A stretch of DNA of 56,346 nt from Sulfuritalea sp. (GTDB taxonomy: Bacteria; Pseudomonadota; Gammaproteobacteria; Burkholderiales; Rhodocyclaceae): NCBI GenBank assembly GCA_030696505.1, contig JAUYSD010000074.1, forward strand, positions 1 through 56,346, written 5' to 3'. The position numbers were made by a program, and so were the translations under genes. The notes beneath the pieces are model-generated. The model was not told where the DNA came from, searched no databases, and saw nothing but the letters and a program-made list of their open reading frames with translations. Below, in pieces: positions 55,245 through 56,346 of the stretch; the stretch's first letter is position 1, and the number at the start of each line of letters is the position of its first letter.

Positions 55245-55968
55245 CCCGAATCAGAACCACCTGCTGGCGGCGCTGCCGACGGCGGAATTCGAGCTGCTGG
55301 CGCCGCACCTGGAGCTGGTCGCATTGCCGCTGGGCGAGATGCTCTACGAGCCTGACCGGCAACTGCAGCATGCCTATTTCCCGACCACGGCGATCGTGTC
55401 CCTGTTGCATGTGATGGAGTCGGGCGCATCGGCCGAATCGGCCGGGGTGGGCAATGAAGGCGTGGTCGGCGTTTCGCTGTTCATGGGCGGCGAAACCACC
55501 ACCAGCTCTGCCGTGGTGCAGACCGCGGGATACGCCTATCGGCTCGACCGTCGCTGGCTGCTGCAGGAGTTCAATCGCTCCGGCCTGCTGCAGCGCCTGT
55601 TGCTGCGCTATACCCAGGCGCTGATGACGCAGATGTCGCAGACCGCGGCCTGCAACCGGCACCATTCGGTGGAGCAGCAACTGTGCCGCTGGCTGTTGTT
55701 GACCCAGGATCGCGTCGCCCAGCGCGAACTGGTGATCACCCAGGAATTGATCGCCGGCATGCTCGGCGTGCGCCGCGAAGGCGTCACCGAAGCCGCCGGA
55801 AACCTGCAGCGCGCCGGGTATATCAGTTACCGCCGCGGCCATATCGCCGTGCTCGATCGGGCCGGGCTGGAGACCCGCAGCTGCGAATGCTACGCCCTGG
55901 TCAGGAAGGAACTGGCTAGGCTGCTGTCCGATGTGCCGTATCGCCAGGAGGCCACGGCCGCCCGTTGA
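55228..55968 (+). CDS. Crp/Fnr family transcriptional regulator
   Basis: NHLLAALP, ACNRHHSVEQQLCRWLL, TQELIAGMLGVRREGVT, CECY. Confidence 0.94.
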   Translation: MPAAPSPNQNHLLAALPTAEFELLAPHLELVALPLGEMLYEPDRQLQHAYFPTTAIVSLLHVMESGASAESAGVGNEGVVGVSLFMGGETTTSSAVVQTAGYAYRLDRRWLLQEFNRSGLLQRLLLRYTQALMTQMSQTAACNRHHSVEQQLCRWLLLTQDRVAQRELVITQELIAGMLGVRREGVTEAAGNLQRAGYISYRRGHIAVLDRAGLETRSCECYALVRKELARLLSDVPYRQEATAAR

Positions 55969-55990
55969 TTGCGCGGCAGGGGCGCGTGGC

Positions 55991-56017
55991 GCAAGAGTTG
56001 GCGCTGGCGGTACGGCG
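55991..56017 (-). repeat. Dispersed 24-bp motif copy 11 (intergenic)
   Basis: CGCCGTACCGCCAGCGCCAACTCT; exact consensus. Confidence 0.9.
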
Positions 56018-56098
56018 TTGATGATGTTTGCGGCCCGCCCCCGAATCGACCCGGCTCAGGCACTATCCAGCCTTCATCCCTGATCTGCAAGGAAACCC

Positions 56099-56346
56099 AT
56101 GGCCAGACCGGCGCAAGCGAACAAGGCACCCGCAACGACGCGGCGCAAGGCAAAAAGCTCAGCCGCGTCGGTCGCGCCGGCCGAGTCGGCTGGGGCGACC
56201 GGCGCCGGGCGTCGGGCGCCGCCTTTCTCCATCGTCGGCATCGGCGCCTCGGCCGGCGGACTGGAAGCCCTGGAACAGTTTCTCGGCAATGTGCCGTTCG
56301 GCAGCGACATGGCCTTCGTGGTGATCCAGCATCTCGATCCCGACCA
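56099..56346 (+). CDS. CheB methylesterase-domain protein (likely CheB/CheR fusion), truncated by window end
   Basis: AAGGA RBS; translates to ...[17 protein letters not shown]...[10 protein letters not shown]. Confidence 0.85.
   Translation, partial: MARPAQANKAPATTRRKAKSSAASVAPAESAGATGAGRRAPPFSIVGIGASAGGLEALEQFLGNVPFGSDMAFVVIQHLDPD

Overview
GC-rich betaproteobacterial chromosome segment; gene content suggests Rhodocyclales/Sterolibacteriaceae (inference). 1-15.8 kb is mostly core: rarA, serS, mltF, tRNA-Ser(CGA), YgiQ radical SAM, HNH, TonB-like, NUDIX, HDOD-REC-GGDEF, flhDC, rdgC, M48 peptidase, fliT, MFS, greB. 15.8-21.2 kb is an atypical-composition islet (crotonase, GST, kappa-GST/HCCA isomerase, Crp/Fnr, ACAD-like, quinone reductase). 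21-29 kb holds ctaA, moaC, bepA, an orphan NorQ/NorD-like pair, an SDR and an intradiol dioxygenase-like gene. 28.7-33.8 kb is an NsrR-divergent operon (SufT, DUF2249, membrane protein, CZB chemoreceptor, Fpr, hemerythrin, DUF3079). 33.9-44.7 kb holds two facing kinase/RR/c-di-GMP modules. 44.8-56.3 kb is a stress/small-protein region with an apparent Crp regulon, ending in a truncated CheB-domain gene. The strongest unexplained signal is a non-palindromic 24-bp motif (CGCCGTNNCGCCAGCGCCAACTYT) found 11 times on both strands, between genes and inside genes in four reading frames, resembling an uptake sequence or chromosome-wide protein-binding site. A second, palindromic element sits at ATGA/GTGA stop-start junctions and preserves translational coupling. 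All calls were made by eye, without database searches.
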